Source of the DNA: Massalongia carnosa | Lineage: Eukaryota | DNA: 64,000 nucleotides | Direction of reading: 5' to 3' | Assembly: GCA_965645245.1 (NCBI GenBank) | Contig: OZ287070.1 | Location: 2,604,001 to 2,668,000 of the forward strand | Shown here: piece by piece, positions 35,101 through 46,500 of the stretch | How the letters are laid out: every line of letters begins with the position of its first letter | Numbering within the stretch: the first letter of the stretch is position 1 | The notes under the pieces: generated by a model | Databases searched by the model: none | Told to the model about the DNA's origin: nothing | What the model saw: only the letters and a program-made list of their open reading frames with translations | Translations under genes and position numbers: made by a program

Positions 35101-36208
35101 GCTTTTTATCAATACCTTGTCTCAGAGGCTGTGTCTGAGTGTCGGGGAGAAATCCTAGAAATTGGACTACGGTCTCAGCATGAGCATGGCGACTATAAAA
35201 GACACAGATCCAAGCAGCTTTAAGCACGCAAAACTTCCGCTCTCACATCCAGCTTGAGTCGAACATCACCTAGTTCACGAAGCTGCAGTCAGGGGTGATC
35301 CTGAAATTTTACACATCGTTCTCGACTACGGGGGTGACGCAACCAGTATGGACGGGTTTCAACGGAACACCTAACATCTATTATCAGTTTTCTCGAATAA
35401 CGCGGAGTCAGCCGGTATCCTTCTCGACCACGGTGCTCATTCTCTCCTAGGCCGCAGGACTGAGTTGGATGGCATGACTGCATTTATGACGGCAATGGCT
35501 AACTGTAATTTCGCAGTTGCAGATCTTCTTCTTCGCAAAACCCCTAACACCGAGCGCCAGACTTTACTCTCAAGCCGTCCGGCAGGCATGGCCTTTGCAG
35601 AGCTATCGTTGTTCGGCCACCTTATCGCTTGGTCGACGACTGTGAGCGAGAAGCCGGTAGAGTACCTCTGCAGCTTGCCAGAAATCCGAGAGACCTCGGA
35701 TTTGCTTTTTATCGTAGACGAGACCAACAAATACTCCGCCCTTATGATGGCCTGCGGTATAAAATCCGGTGGAGGCATACTCGACACGGGACTATTTGTT
35801 TGTTCTCGGAGGAGAAGGACCATCAATCTGCTGCTGCGCCAATTTCCCAAACAGCACCATATCGACAGTAGAGATAATCACGGCAACACTGCACTTCATC
35901 TTGCAGCCTTTTTAGGAAGCAAAGACATGGCAACTGCGCTTCTGGAAGCCGGCGCAAACCCGAATCTTCTCAACTCCTCAGGAGCCAGCCCCTTGGATGT
36001 TTTGTTTGTCTCTGATCCCTCATACTTCTGGGGAAATCGGGCTTCAAAGAAATTTTTGGTGGAGTGTTTTGAAGCTGGAAGAAACGATATTTGCATGCAG
36101 TTGAGGAGTAAAAGTGCAACGCATGCACTTCCTCTGGCAGTGAAGAATGCCTGGGCTACGCACTTACCTTATCCCTGGGTTCGAAAAATGCAAACATTGT
36201 CCCCGTGA
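32200..36208 (+). pseudogene. Protein kinase + SEL1-like repeat + ankyrin repeats gene, disrupted
   Basis: GKGTYFSVY, VAFK, HRDLKTEN, DFG, WRAPE, DWYSFG. SEL1-like AAYQL..GFGIKRDIARAFKFLEDAA. ANK motifs GVTPLLMAC, GETPLH, GNTALHLAA. In-frame TGA at 33142, TAG at 34668, more lesions at 34800-35460. Start codon and exon limits are approximate. Confidence 0.85.
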
Positions 36209-36433
36209 AAGTGCCTTGCAAGCCAAACCGAACAGATTGTTGAAGTGAATTAATCACTTGATGCATGTACGAGTATTTTTGAAGAGAATAATTTTGATTG
36301 TTGTCTATCGTGGGTGTTTTATGAACATCCATCAACTAAACTACCCTTAGTCTATTCTGGTCAAGCAGTCATCAATTACCTGACCTTGTCTATTAGATTA
36401 ACACGTTTTAGTATAATATCAACACTGATAATC

Positions 36434-38251
36434 TCACGCAAAACATCTACCAAGCTTGTACACAACGTCAAAAAGAAAAGAAGCTTGGGGGAAGTCTTCT
36501 GCCTCAAACTCACTCATACGAGTACCCTGCCCTACCGAGTCGTGTTCAACGACTCGACCCGTCAAACAAGTTTCGACCACTTCTTGATATATTTTGCCAC
36601 ATCTGGACCAAAGGCTTTCTGCACACAAGAGAAAGCGGTTTTGCCAGACTTGGGGCTTTCTTGAGTCCCTGTATTTATCTGGCTGGGCCCCAATCAAACT
36701 CCAGTTACCAATCTCGAGAAGCACAACTCCGAGCGCATAGATGTTGTACTGTTTGCGGAATCGCGGCGAGGTCGGAGAAGTATCAGACGGCCACAAGGAC
36801 GGGTGGCGGTAATCGTTGCTGCTTCGGTCCAAAGGATTCTCCAGCGAGGGTGTGGTAGGGCGGTCAGGACGCGAGAAGTCGAAACCTAGCAGGAATGGGT
36901 GGGATGGATCGAGGTCTGAGGATGATGAATAAGTCTGCGACAGGCTGAAAAGAACATTTGATGAACTGACTGCTTTGTGAAGCCAATCATACGCATGAAG
37001 CTGAAGAATGATATTACAGAGAGCCGTAGCAATCTGGAACCGATCACCCAGGAACGGAGGCGTCGTTGTGCCATTTATGTACTCATGGAGAGAGTAAGGG
37101 CGAGACGATATTGATGTTGGCAATGCAGCGTTTGATGGTTGGGGTAGTCTTGACATAGCTAGAGGCCTAAACAGAAGACCGTATCTCAATAGACTTTTCT
37201 GCAAGATACTTCGTGTCTTTGAAGTGACCAATGCATCTGAGAAGCCCGAAATCGGCTGATCTCTCCGAGCTAAGTACCACAGCAAGCGTCTTGATGCGCG
37301 ATCGTATAGTTTCCATGTCATTGAAATTTAATGATCGGTCCACATATCTCCATTCCAGAATCGCGGGTTCATGTTTCCATCCGCCCTTGCGACTGAGGCA
37401 ATGAATCTATTCTGGCCGGCTTTCTTGGTATCTCCAGACTTGAAACTCACCAAATCCGTCACACTAGTTGACAATAGCAGAAGTTCATTTGCAAAGGATG
37501 GACTCGACTCGTTCATCACTGCGGTTAAGGCAGCTCGCCTCAGATCTGCGCATGAAGCGAGCAACTCAGTTGTTTTGTTCCGTTTCGCGTTGTTCTTCAC
37601 TTCTGACAGCGTTGCTTAATCCAAAATCCCCGGAAGCACCACAGATGGTAAACCCTTTGCCAGCGCAATCCGCATGTTTGCGGGCAACGCAATCCACAGG
37701 CTCTCATTCAACAGTCGCAAGTCATCAACAAGTCTCCTAAGCTTGACGCTGTCGCTCAGTGCCCAACGGAGCTTTCCTAGCCGCGATGTTGAGACTACGA
37801 TCGAACGTTCCATCGTCGTCCGTTTGACTTCCGCAATATTCACCGCGGCACAGCTGCGTATATCGTCCAGATTCAGATCCTGAAGCTCAATCATTGGATC
37901 TGGGCTTGAATCCTGACCAGCCTCGCAAATTCTGACCCCATACCGAATCATGATTAGGTCGATGTCGTCCAAAAACAATTTGATAGCGTCGAAACGCGCA
38001 ACAACGAATTTCTGCGTCTCGTACGATTCTCTCAATAGCAATTGGCACCCCTGCGCCTGAGAAATCCCAAGATATCTACCCCAGAGCTGCAGCCTCCGTC
38101 TCTCAACTTCAAGCTGCACACCTAGTAGATGTGCGTCTTTGCAGATGTCATTTGCAGATCGGATAAAAACATCATACGCTCTATTGCAGGTCTGGAACAG
38201 AGAGAGCAGGCTCGCAAGACCTATGCCTCCGATGATAAGTTCCACCGGCAT
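36434..38251 (-). pseudogene. HeLo-like domain + pseudokinase gene (MLKL-like architecture), disrupted
   Basis: Hydrophobic N-terminus MPVELIIGGIGLASLLSLFQTC, LEVERRRLQLWG, LRWALSD..LRRLVDDLRLLN. Kinase-like part RFQIATAL..LHKAVSSSNVLF, LLGFDFSR, YRHP, IYALGVVLLEIG. In-frame TAA at 37616, frameshifts near 37370 and 37190. Confidence 0.85.
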
Positions 38252-38380
38252 TGTGAGCCAGAGAATACTATGAAAGAAGAAAGTGAAGTCACAAATAATC
38301 AAATAATCATCCACTTCTCCTTCTGACGAGTACGCTACTTTCGATTATCAACAAGTATTATTTCTGGCTAGTTCATGTGC

Positions 38381-41300
38381 GAGAAGACTCGGGACAGTCC
38401 CCCACCGTCCCGCAAATTAGGACTAGCTACAAGCCACCTCCCCATACTAAATATGTGCACGTCCACCGTCTCTCCGCAAGCTTCCTCTAGCTGATTTAGC
38501 TTAGCCCCGCATTCTGAAAAATCCTCATCTATTCATACTACTACTATTACTACTACTCCTACCACTCATTGCGATGATCTCAATTCTGAAAATGCATCAC
38601 TCAATTGCGAAACATTATCCTTTCTAGGCTTCATAGTCTTAGCAACCTTTCTTGCAGCTGCGTTTTCCTCTCCTCAGCCCTTGCTTGTTTGGCCGCTTGG
38701 TCGGCCCTCTGCTGAGACTCCAACTCCAACTGAGCCTTCGATTTGTTGGCTACCACACCCTGTGACCCTCGTGTTGTTGTTGCAGACGATGTGGATGGTA
38801 GCTGGCTAGCGCGGATATTTTTTTGACTGAGGCTATAAAGGGAAGGAGCTTTTGGAGAGGGAACCGTTTGGGAAAGAGCCTTTTGGCTATGTTTCGCCAG
38901 CACTTCATCAATATCTTCAAATGAATCCGAAGAAGATGCCGGGGATGGAGGGATAAAATCATCGTTCTCATTCAGAGAGAGTGGAGGATCGGGGGTAGGC
39001 TGAGTTGCTATATATTGCAGGTCATCGTCGTCAGATACGATGATAGCATCTCCGGAATCTATACCTAATATTAGCCGCGCTACATCGATCAATTTGCTGA
39101 TATCGTGGGTTTTTTATCATAATCATACCCTTGTCTTCACTGCCTGCCCGCAATTCATCCTCATGCCTTCTTCTCCTCCCTTATTCAATCGAGTCCTTAC
39201 GTTTAGCACGTCGCTGCTTAGCTTCATCTGCCTCAGCTGCCTCACGGCCAGTGTAAGCCCGCCGGCGACTCCCACTCTTTTTATACATGAGGTTGTCCTT
39301 CAGTCGGATTTCGTCGGGGAATGTTGTAGGGATAAGTGGCCTCGCCAGCTCCTTATCCTGCCATTTTTTATTGAAAATAGCAGTGAATTTGGCGAATTCA
39401 CGAGCGTATCCCTCCCTTCTATGCACATTTTCTATTGATTTATGAAAATTAATAGATTGATGCGCGGCCGCATGCAGCAAATCAACACCCCCGCGACGAA
39501 ATCTATCCCCAGTATTATTGTCAACTGCCTTCTCGATCTCCTCTTCCAGCTCAGATTCTTGTCTTTGTTGAGCATTTCCCCCCTCATCCACCTCCTCATC
39601 CTGCTCTTCTGTGTTCTTCCTGTGAGCTGCTCTCCGAAACATCTCAGCGAAATTTATGGTGGGGTCGAAAACCATTCTCCACGAGACCACAAAAGGCGGC
39701 CCATCGAAAAACCAGCGGGGATGAATGAGGGGAGATAGGTATGGGGATAACATCAATGACGCAACGATACAACCAGCATCTGACGGAAGACCGTATCGTG
39801 GAGGCAAATCACAATCATGCATACAATCCTCACCGGTTGGTTCGATTAATGCATCCCTTCAACTCCAAAGAAACCTGTTGATTGAAATCTTCGGCTAAAA
39901 GTTTAGCTGCATCCAACTCTCTAGATATGAGATCAATAGCATGATGACTTATTAAACCTATAAGGTCTTTAAACGCACTTCTATCCATTAGCCGGGGGTT
40001 GTTGATTCGTTGATGATTGGTTGATATTTCGTAGTCAACCTGAACCCTTTGCACTGTTTCGCATATTTTCCGCACTGAGTCCTCAATAGGTGTATGCCTA
40101 TTTGTCACATTCTTTACCAACGGATGCAAATCTTCCACCCTTTGTGTGCTATGTGCACCGAAATTAGGGAACTTTCTGGTGTATGCGGAAACAAACTGAC
40201 ACTCCTGACGTTGATAATAGCTAGTAAAATACTCCTGGAAATAGGAGTGAGTTAGCCCTAATCAACGTTTTTTGATGGCTTCATACCTTTTCTGAAGCAT
40301 GAAGCTTCAATATCAACGCGTTTTTCTTCTCATCCAGCTGTTCAACGGTAGGAGTTTTGATCCACTCCTATATCAATTCATGCAGCTCTTTCCGTACTTC
40401 TAAAGGATATGAACCCGCCCTGATCAGGGGTTTCTTGATTGCCTCCGCTGCGTGCCACGTGCATAATTGCAACACACAATTAGGGTCGGTTTCGTGTATT
40501 GATTGGGCGACTTGCCATGCAACGGTCATTGCTGCATCCGGGTTTATTTCCTTAGCCCGTTTTTTAAGCATCTCTGCAGTCAATCCAGCGGCGAAGTCTC
40601 CGAGGATGACCCTAGGATCAGGACATGTATCATGAAAAAAGAGATCTTTCATACAATCAAATAGAAACGTAAAGCACTCAGCCGATTCGGAAGTTATATA
40701 ACAATAGGCCGCGTTGAAAGTCTGATTTGTGTTGGTGATGCCAACCAACACCGATAGGGGTAAGTTCAACTGATTTGTATTGAACGTAGCATCCATTTCT
40801 ATTAAGAATCCACTGACGAATCGTCTAGTCAGTCGGATCTGTTCAGCGTTACGGAAAAAGAAATGTTCAACAACACGTCTTCGGGGAGTATTGTTTTCAA
40901 CGAGATATTTCTCCAAAGTCCGTACATGAAACCCTTCTTCTTCTAGAAATCCAAGTGCATAGGTCAACTCTTCTTCAGGTGTATGTTTGCCCTGGGATCG
41001 AGCCAGGTTGTAATAGTCCTTCTTCGAAAGGCGCAGGCCAGTCATTCCCAAAACGCGAGATGCTTGACCGTATCTAGTTGATGCATCACGGAGACTTTTG
41101 CTTGATCTAGAGCAGTTGCTCGATCGAGGTCTTGGCTACGATGCTCTTTGAAACCGAAGGGGTCTGTAGCCATCTCGTGATTGTGATCAGGATTGGTGCT
41201 GATTAATCTCCACGATTCGTCTTTATCTTGCTTCAGTCTTAGTCGATATTTGCACTCGTTGAACGAGACCTTCGTGTTTTTTCGTACGCGGTCCTTCTCC

Positions 41301-43596
41301 TCTAGCTTTCTAGTGCTTCCTTCTCTTTTGTGATGACGGGTGCAATCTAACGTAATTTACCCTCATTCGGGTCAGCCCCCCATTCGGGTCAGCCACCCAA
41401 TCGGGTCACCCCACCAAAAAAAAAAACCTTCGCCCTACACCAAAGAAAAATATTACATTGCTTCCACCATCCCCAAAGCTAACTAAAAACATCACTATCC
41501 ATCTGCATTTCCTTCCATACGGCCTTTGCGAACTTTACTTTACCATTTAAAGCATGGTACCGTTCCTTTTGTTTGGCCAATGCTTCTTCCTTCCTCTGTT
41601 TTTCCTCCGCAATCGCCTGCCCTTCACCCACAGTTAGCACCCTTGCTTTAACACCCCCCTTTCTGGATGCTTTTTGACGTCCCTGAGCCTTTTTATCAAT
41701 CAGTTCTTGATTGGTGTGTCTTAGAATAACCCTATCAGCGACGGCATTCAAAGCAGTTGTTTTAAGCAACTCAACATGCGCGCGAAGAGATGGAGTTATA
41801 CAGGATATAAGGGCATCGCTGACTTCCTGGATTCGCTGCTCCGTTTGGGGGGCATCGGTGACGGTGTTTGGATAGGTAGGAGGTGTGATAGGCCTAGGCA
41901 ACTTGCCTAGAACATGCCCTGGATTAAATGGGATGAGGCCTGCCCCCCGCCATGCACTCATGATGTTAGTAGTAGTAATGGCCTGTTTCCTAGCCACCTG
42001 AATAAGGCACAAAAAATCTAGCTTAGAAATAGTCACAGCCCCGTAACGTGATTGGCTGGAAACGAGTTGTTTATAGGCCTTAGATAAAGGGCCAAAAACA
42101 CCGACATCCAGGGGCTGCAATAAATGAGTTGAATGTGGTGGCAAACAAAGGGGTATGATTCTCTTGGGCACAAAACTCCATAAAAGGAATGGAGACGTGA
42201 CTCTCATGGCCATCTACAATTAGCATCCTATACATGCCTCGTTCAGGTTTTGTATGCTTATTGAACACCGTTTGCAACCAATGAAGGCCTATCTCCGCAT
42301 CCGTCCAACCATTGGGACTGACCCGAACGGTATCTGCCTTCGTCTCCATGGCATCATACCATGCAGGTTGAACTTGGGCACCTTGGAAAATGATATAAGC
42401 CGGAAGAACTGTTCCGCGGGATGATATGCACTCAATAAGAGAAACCCAGTCCCTATTTCCCGGGTGCACATTGAATGGTGTTGTTGTTCCTTTGATTATG
42501 ACCTTCGAACTGTCTGCGATGCCCATAGCAAAGCCTTTTTCATCCATGTTGTAAGTATCTTCATCTGAAATCCCATATTTGACCAAGGTGCTCGTGTACA
42601 ATTCGAACCAATCACGCAAAATTTCGGGACTACCAGCGTTCTTTCTGGATTTATCGAGGTTTCTATTGTATTTGATTTTGAAATCGGGATGCCTTTTCAG
42701 GAACTTTTGATACCAATGACGACCCAACGGATTTTTGTCCCCTTTGGCGTTCAGGAGACTTCTGGCCATGCCTTCCAAATGTTGGATACGAGGCGGCCAA
42801 CCCCATGAGGTCATCCGCTCTATCCAATCAATCAGAGCCTGTTCTTCGTGGACGGATAGCCTTTGGGCGGCTTGATGATAGTGTTTTGCGGCCCGCCTGC
42901 CTTTGAGCCGGGCCTGTAAAGTCGACTGAGGAACTCCGTAAAGGCGCGCTATTTCCCGCTGCGAAATGCCCGGATTTTTGGCTAATTCTTCGATAGCCAA
43001 CTGTAATCTAGTAGCAGAGTCAATTGTAGGCATATTAATGGACATTTTATCTACAATTAATAGATAAATATACGGTGGTGGTGGATAAACAGGATAGAAT
43101 TTTTTTCGGTCGCTAGATTTTAATGGGGTGACCCGAATGGGGGGCTGACCCGAATGAGGGTAAATTACGTTAGTATAACGAGATGATTCTTCTTATCATT
43201 AGTCTCTGTGACCAATGCAAAGCCTTGAGTAAAGGCATAATTCTGAAGGCGGGTTTTTCCCTCCTCCCAGGAGATAAAGATTTCACTCTCACTCGGAGGA
43301 AGACGATGAGACGATGGTAAACTCGCTATAGCCCTTTGCAATCGTGCATCCAGGGACGTTGATGTGAGGGCCATAGCAAAGAAAAAGATAAGGGAGAGAA
43401 GAAGTGCGGTCTACCTATCATAGTGATAAATTTACATAGAGGGTTGGCTGCCTATACCTATAATATTATTAATAGAGACGGTGAACGAGGTATATGTACC
43501 TAATTATTTAGTATGGGGAGGTGGCTTGTAGCTAGTCCTAATTTGGAGTGATTTTCGCTAGGGGGACGGTGGGGGGGGACTGTCCCGAGTCTTCTC
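38381..43596 (-). mobile_element. MULE DNA transposon, degenerate, with nested pogo element
   Basis: TIR GAGAAGACTCGGGACAGTCCCC / GGGGACTGTCCCGAGTCTTCTC. Transposase from ATG 43374 (FTQGFALV..VILDCTRHHK after removing the insert; MDATFNTN, ILGDFA, LCTWH) with stops and frameshifts. No TSD. Confidence 0.9.
41350..43170 (-). mobile_element. pogo/Fot1-type Tc1-mariner element (1821 bp)
   Basis: TIR ACGTAATTTACCCTCATTCGGGTCAGCCCCCCATTCGGGTCA, TA TSD (41348-49, 43171-72). Transposase 43045-41479 with HTH, YNMDEKGF, IVDGHESH, LQPLDVG and one frameshift near 42160. Confidence 0.96.
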
Positions 43597-46500
43597 GAGA
43601 GGTTTTCATTGATAGGGGTCCAAGCCGCCGAATCCCAGGCGACCATTAAATCTTTGTGCTCGCTGATATAGCCCACGTCTTCAATTGCGCCTAAATCCAC
43701 AGAGCATGCTTTCAGACCCAACTTCCGTCGGTAGACGGCAAAAGAGCCAAGGAAAACGTTGGCTGCTGCGTAATTTGCCTGGCCTTTTTGACCCACAACA
43801 CCAGAGATACTGGAGAGCATAGTGAAGAAGTCTAGGTTAAGCTTCTCTTCCTGAGATATATTGTGGAGATTCCAGGTCCCCTGTATCTTAGATTTGATTG
43901 TTTCGTGATAGTCCGTAATGGTCATGGAAGTAAAAATTTTATCCTGAAACTATTAGTCAAGCCGTAAGTTTATGTATACAAATCTGACCACTTACCCTTA
44001 GAACCTTAGCTCCTTGAATAATTCCTCCAATAGGAACAGTTGCTTGTTTAAAACATGGCCGCACGTCATTCGCAACGGAGATATCTCCCTTTATGAGCAC
44101 AACCTGGCAACCTTTTGCATAAATATTCTTCAGTACTCCTTGAGACTTCTCGTCGGCGTAGCCACTTCGCGGCAAGACAACGAGGAGTTTAATACCAAGT
44201 CGGGCAAGGTAAATGGATAGACTTCCACACAACTCCCTGAGCCCACCAATGACAAGAGTGGACTTGTCGCTCTTCAGATTTAGTGTCCGTGGTGCAGCTC
44301 GAATCTAAGTATTTCAGTTCAATCTTTGTTATATAATCAGTGGATAATAAGCTTACCGGAACCTCGATATCACTGTCGTTGCCGTTAGATATCACAATCT
44401 TGCCAATATGATTCGCACTCCGCATATAGCGGAAAGCGGAAGTAATATCGTCAAACATAAAGGTCTTGATGGGATATATAGGCTTGATGTGTCCCTTTTG
44501 GAGTATATCAAACATCTGTGTCATAAGCCTGCCGATCACGGTATCTATAACTTGTTCATGGGACATGTCGAAACATCGATAAGATGCGTTACGTCCAAAT
44601 GGTTCCATAGCTAATGTGTTTCGATCGAGCATATCTTTCTTACCAAGCTCAACCATAGTTCCACCAGGAGCGATACAACGCCAAGACGCATCTAGAAGAT
44701 CCCCGGTTAGGGAGTTCAATATTACATCAACGCCATGACCATTAGTGACTTGCATCAGTTCAGAAGCAAAGGCGGTCGATCGTGAGTTAAAGATATTAGA
44801 TGACGGAATCCCGAAGTTTTCAATGAGGAATGTGCGCTTCTCGTCGTTGCTAACAGTCGTGAATATCTCTGCCCCTAAGTATTGACATAATTGAATGGAA
44901 GCTATGCCAAGCCCTCCAAAAGCAGAATGAATAAGCACACGATCTCCTTCTTCGTTTTTGCGAGTTCGAAGATACTATATATTGCTGTAAGATAAACGCC
45001 GGCTAGTGTTGATGCTTCTTCGAATGACATGGTATCTGGTATGTGTTGCACACGTTGGGTTGTAGCTATGGCTCTGTTTGCAAAAGTCCCTTTCTTAAAG
45101 ATAAGGATTCGTTGGCCCGCTTTGTAGTTCTTTGTCGATTTGCCAACCCTACGAACCACTCCGGCACCTTCAAGTTCTAGAAGATACTGATTTTCGGGTA
45201 CAATACCCATTATAATTACCACATCCTTAAAAATTCAAGCCTACAATAGCAAGCTCGACCTCAACACTATTATCATCAACTGGGTGTTCCGAAGCAGCAA
45301 CCTCTGTATAGCAAAGCGAATCAATTGTCCCTAGGCGATCGCACCTTAGTCGAACACAATTCTCTGCCTGATGCAAGGACCTGACTAAAACGTCAGCACC
45401 ATGAACGTCCTCCCTTTCGGCGTTATTGATGAGGCGATCAGGCTGAACTCGGCTAACTTGCAAAACACCGTCTCTCTCAACGAATTCATTCTCAATATGA
45501 CTTTTGAGAGCCGGGCGACCAAGTGACTTAAGCAAGGAATTTATTGCTGCAAGAGTCCCACTGCCCGAAGTGCTCTGGACATCCAAAGTTGTCAAGCTTA
45601 CACTCGGATCTTCTGCACGAATGGTTCTTGCAAGCCTATGAATCATTGCCTTGCTTGGGTCGGGTCGCTGACATCCATTTGAGAGCCCTCTGTAACCCAG
45701 AGGATCCTGCTGCCAATGCTGATTAGTGTTTTTAATGATTCCCACTGATCCTCACTTATGCTTGGGAGAACTGGAGAAAATAGATCGTCCAGAACCAAGA
45801 CAGTACTCTTTGTTTCGACTTTTTCGAATGGAGAGAAGTGCTCAGATACCTGCCAGCCAAGCTGCTCTAGCTCCTTTCTTATCTTTGTAGTAGCTGAAGA
45901 CTTTGTCAAGTTTACCAGGCTTATATGACGGAGAGAAAACGTAGTATCCATGTCTTTGAAATCCACTACAGATAGGTATGCCGATCTCAGGGTACTTGAT
46001 TGCTCGAAATAAATATGGCGTGTATCATCGAACCCGCTCGGACGGAAGATACTGGTCAAGTCAACTCTATCGTCATCACCTTTTTATCCACAACAACAAA
46101 CTCATCGCCTGAAGAATTTTCGGATGGGATGATAGCTCTAAAAGCAAGACATGGCCACCATCGCATAGAAGGTTTCGGACATTCTGAAGGACGGTTGAGA
46201 CGACTGTTACAGATTTGCTTGGAATTCTGACAACAATAAGATCAAAATCTATTTCAGTAAGATGAAATTCATCTACAGGCCTAGTGATATCGAGTAGACC
46301 AAACTCGCTGTTGCCATGTACCGAATAAACCTCTTGGACATTTATCAGTGCTTTGGCGTCATTTGACACGAAATGGAACGCCCGGCTAGCTGCCCGAAAT
46401 GACTTATCCGAATGACTTCGATCTAGCCATACGCTGGTCGAGTCCCCAGAAGCCATGTTGACAACTTCCATGACTTTCACGTTAGGTTTCTTGTGCGCTA

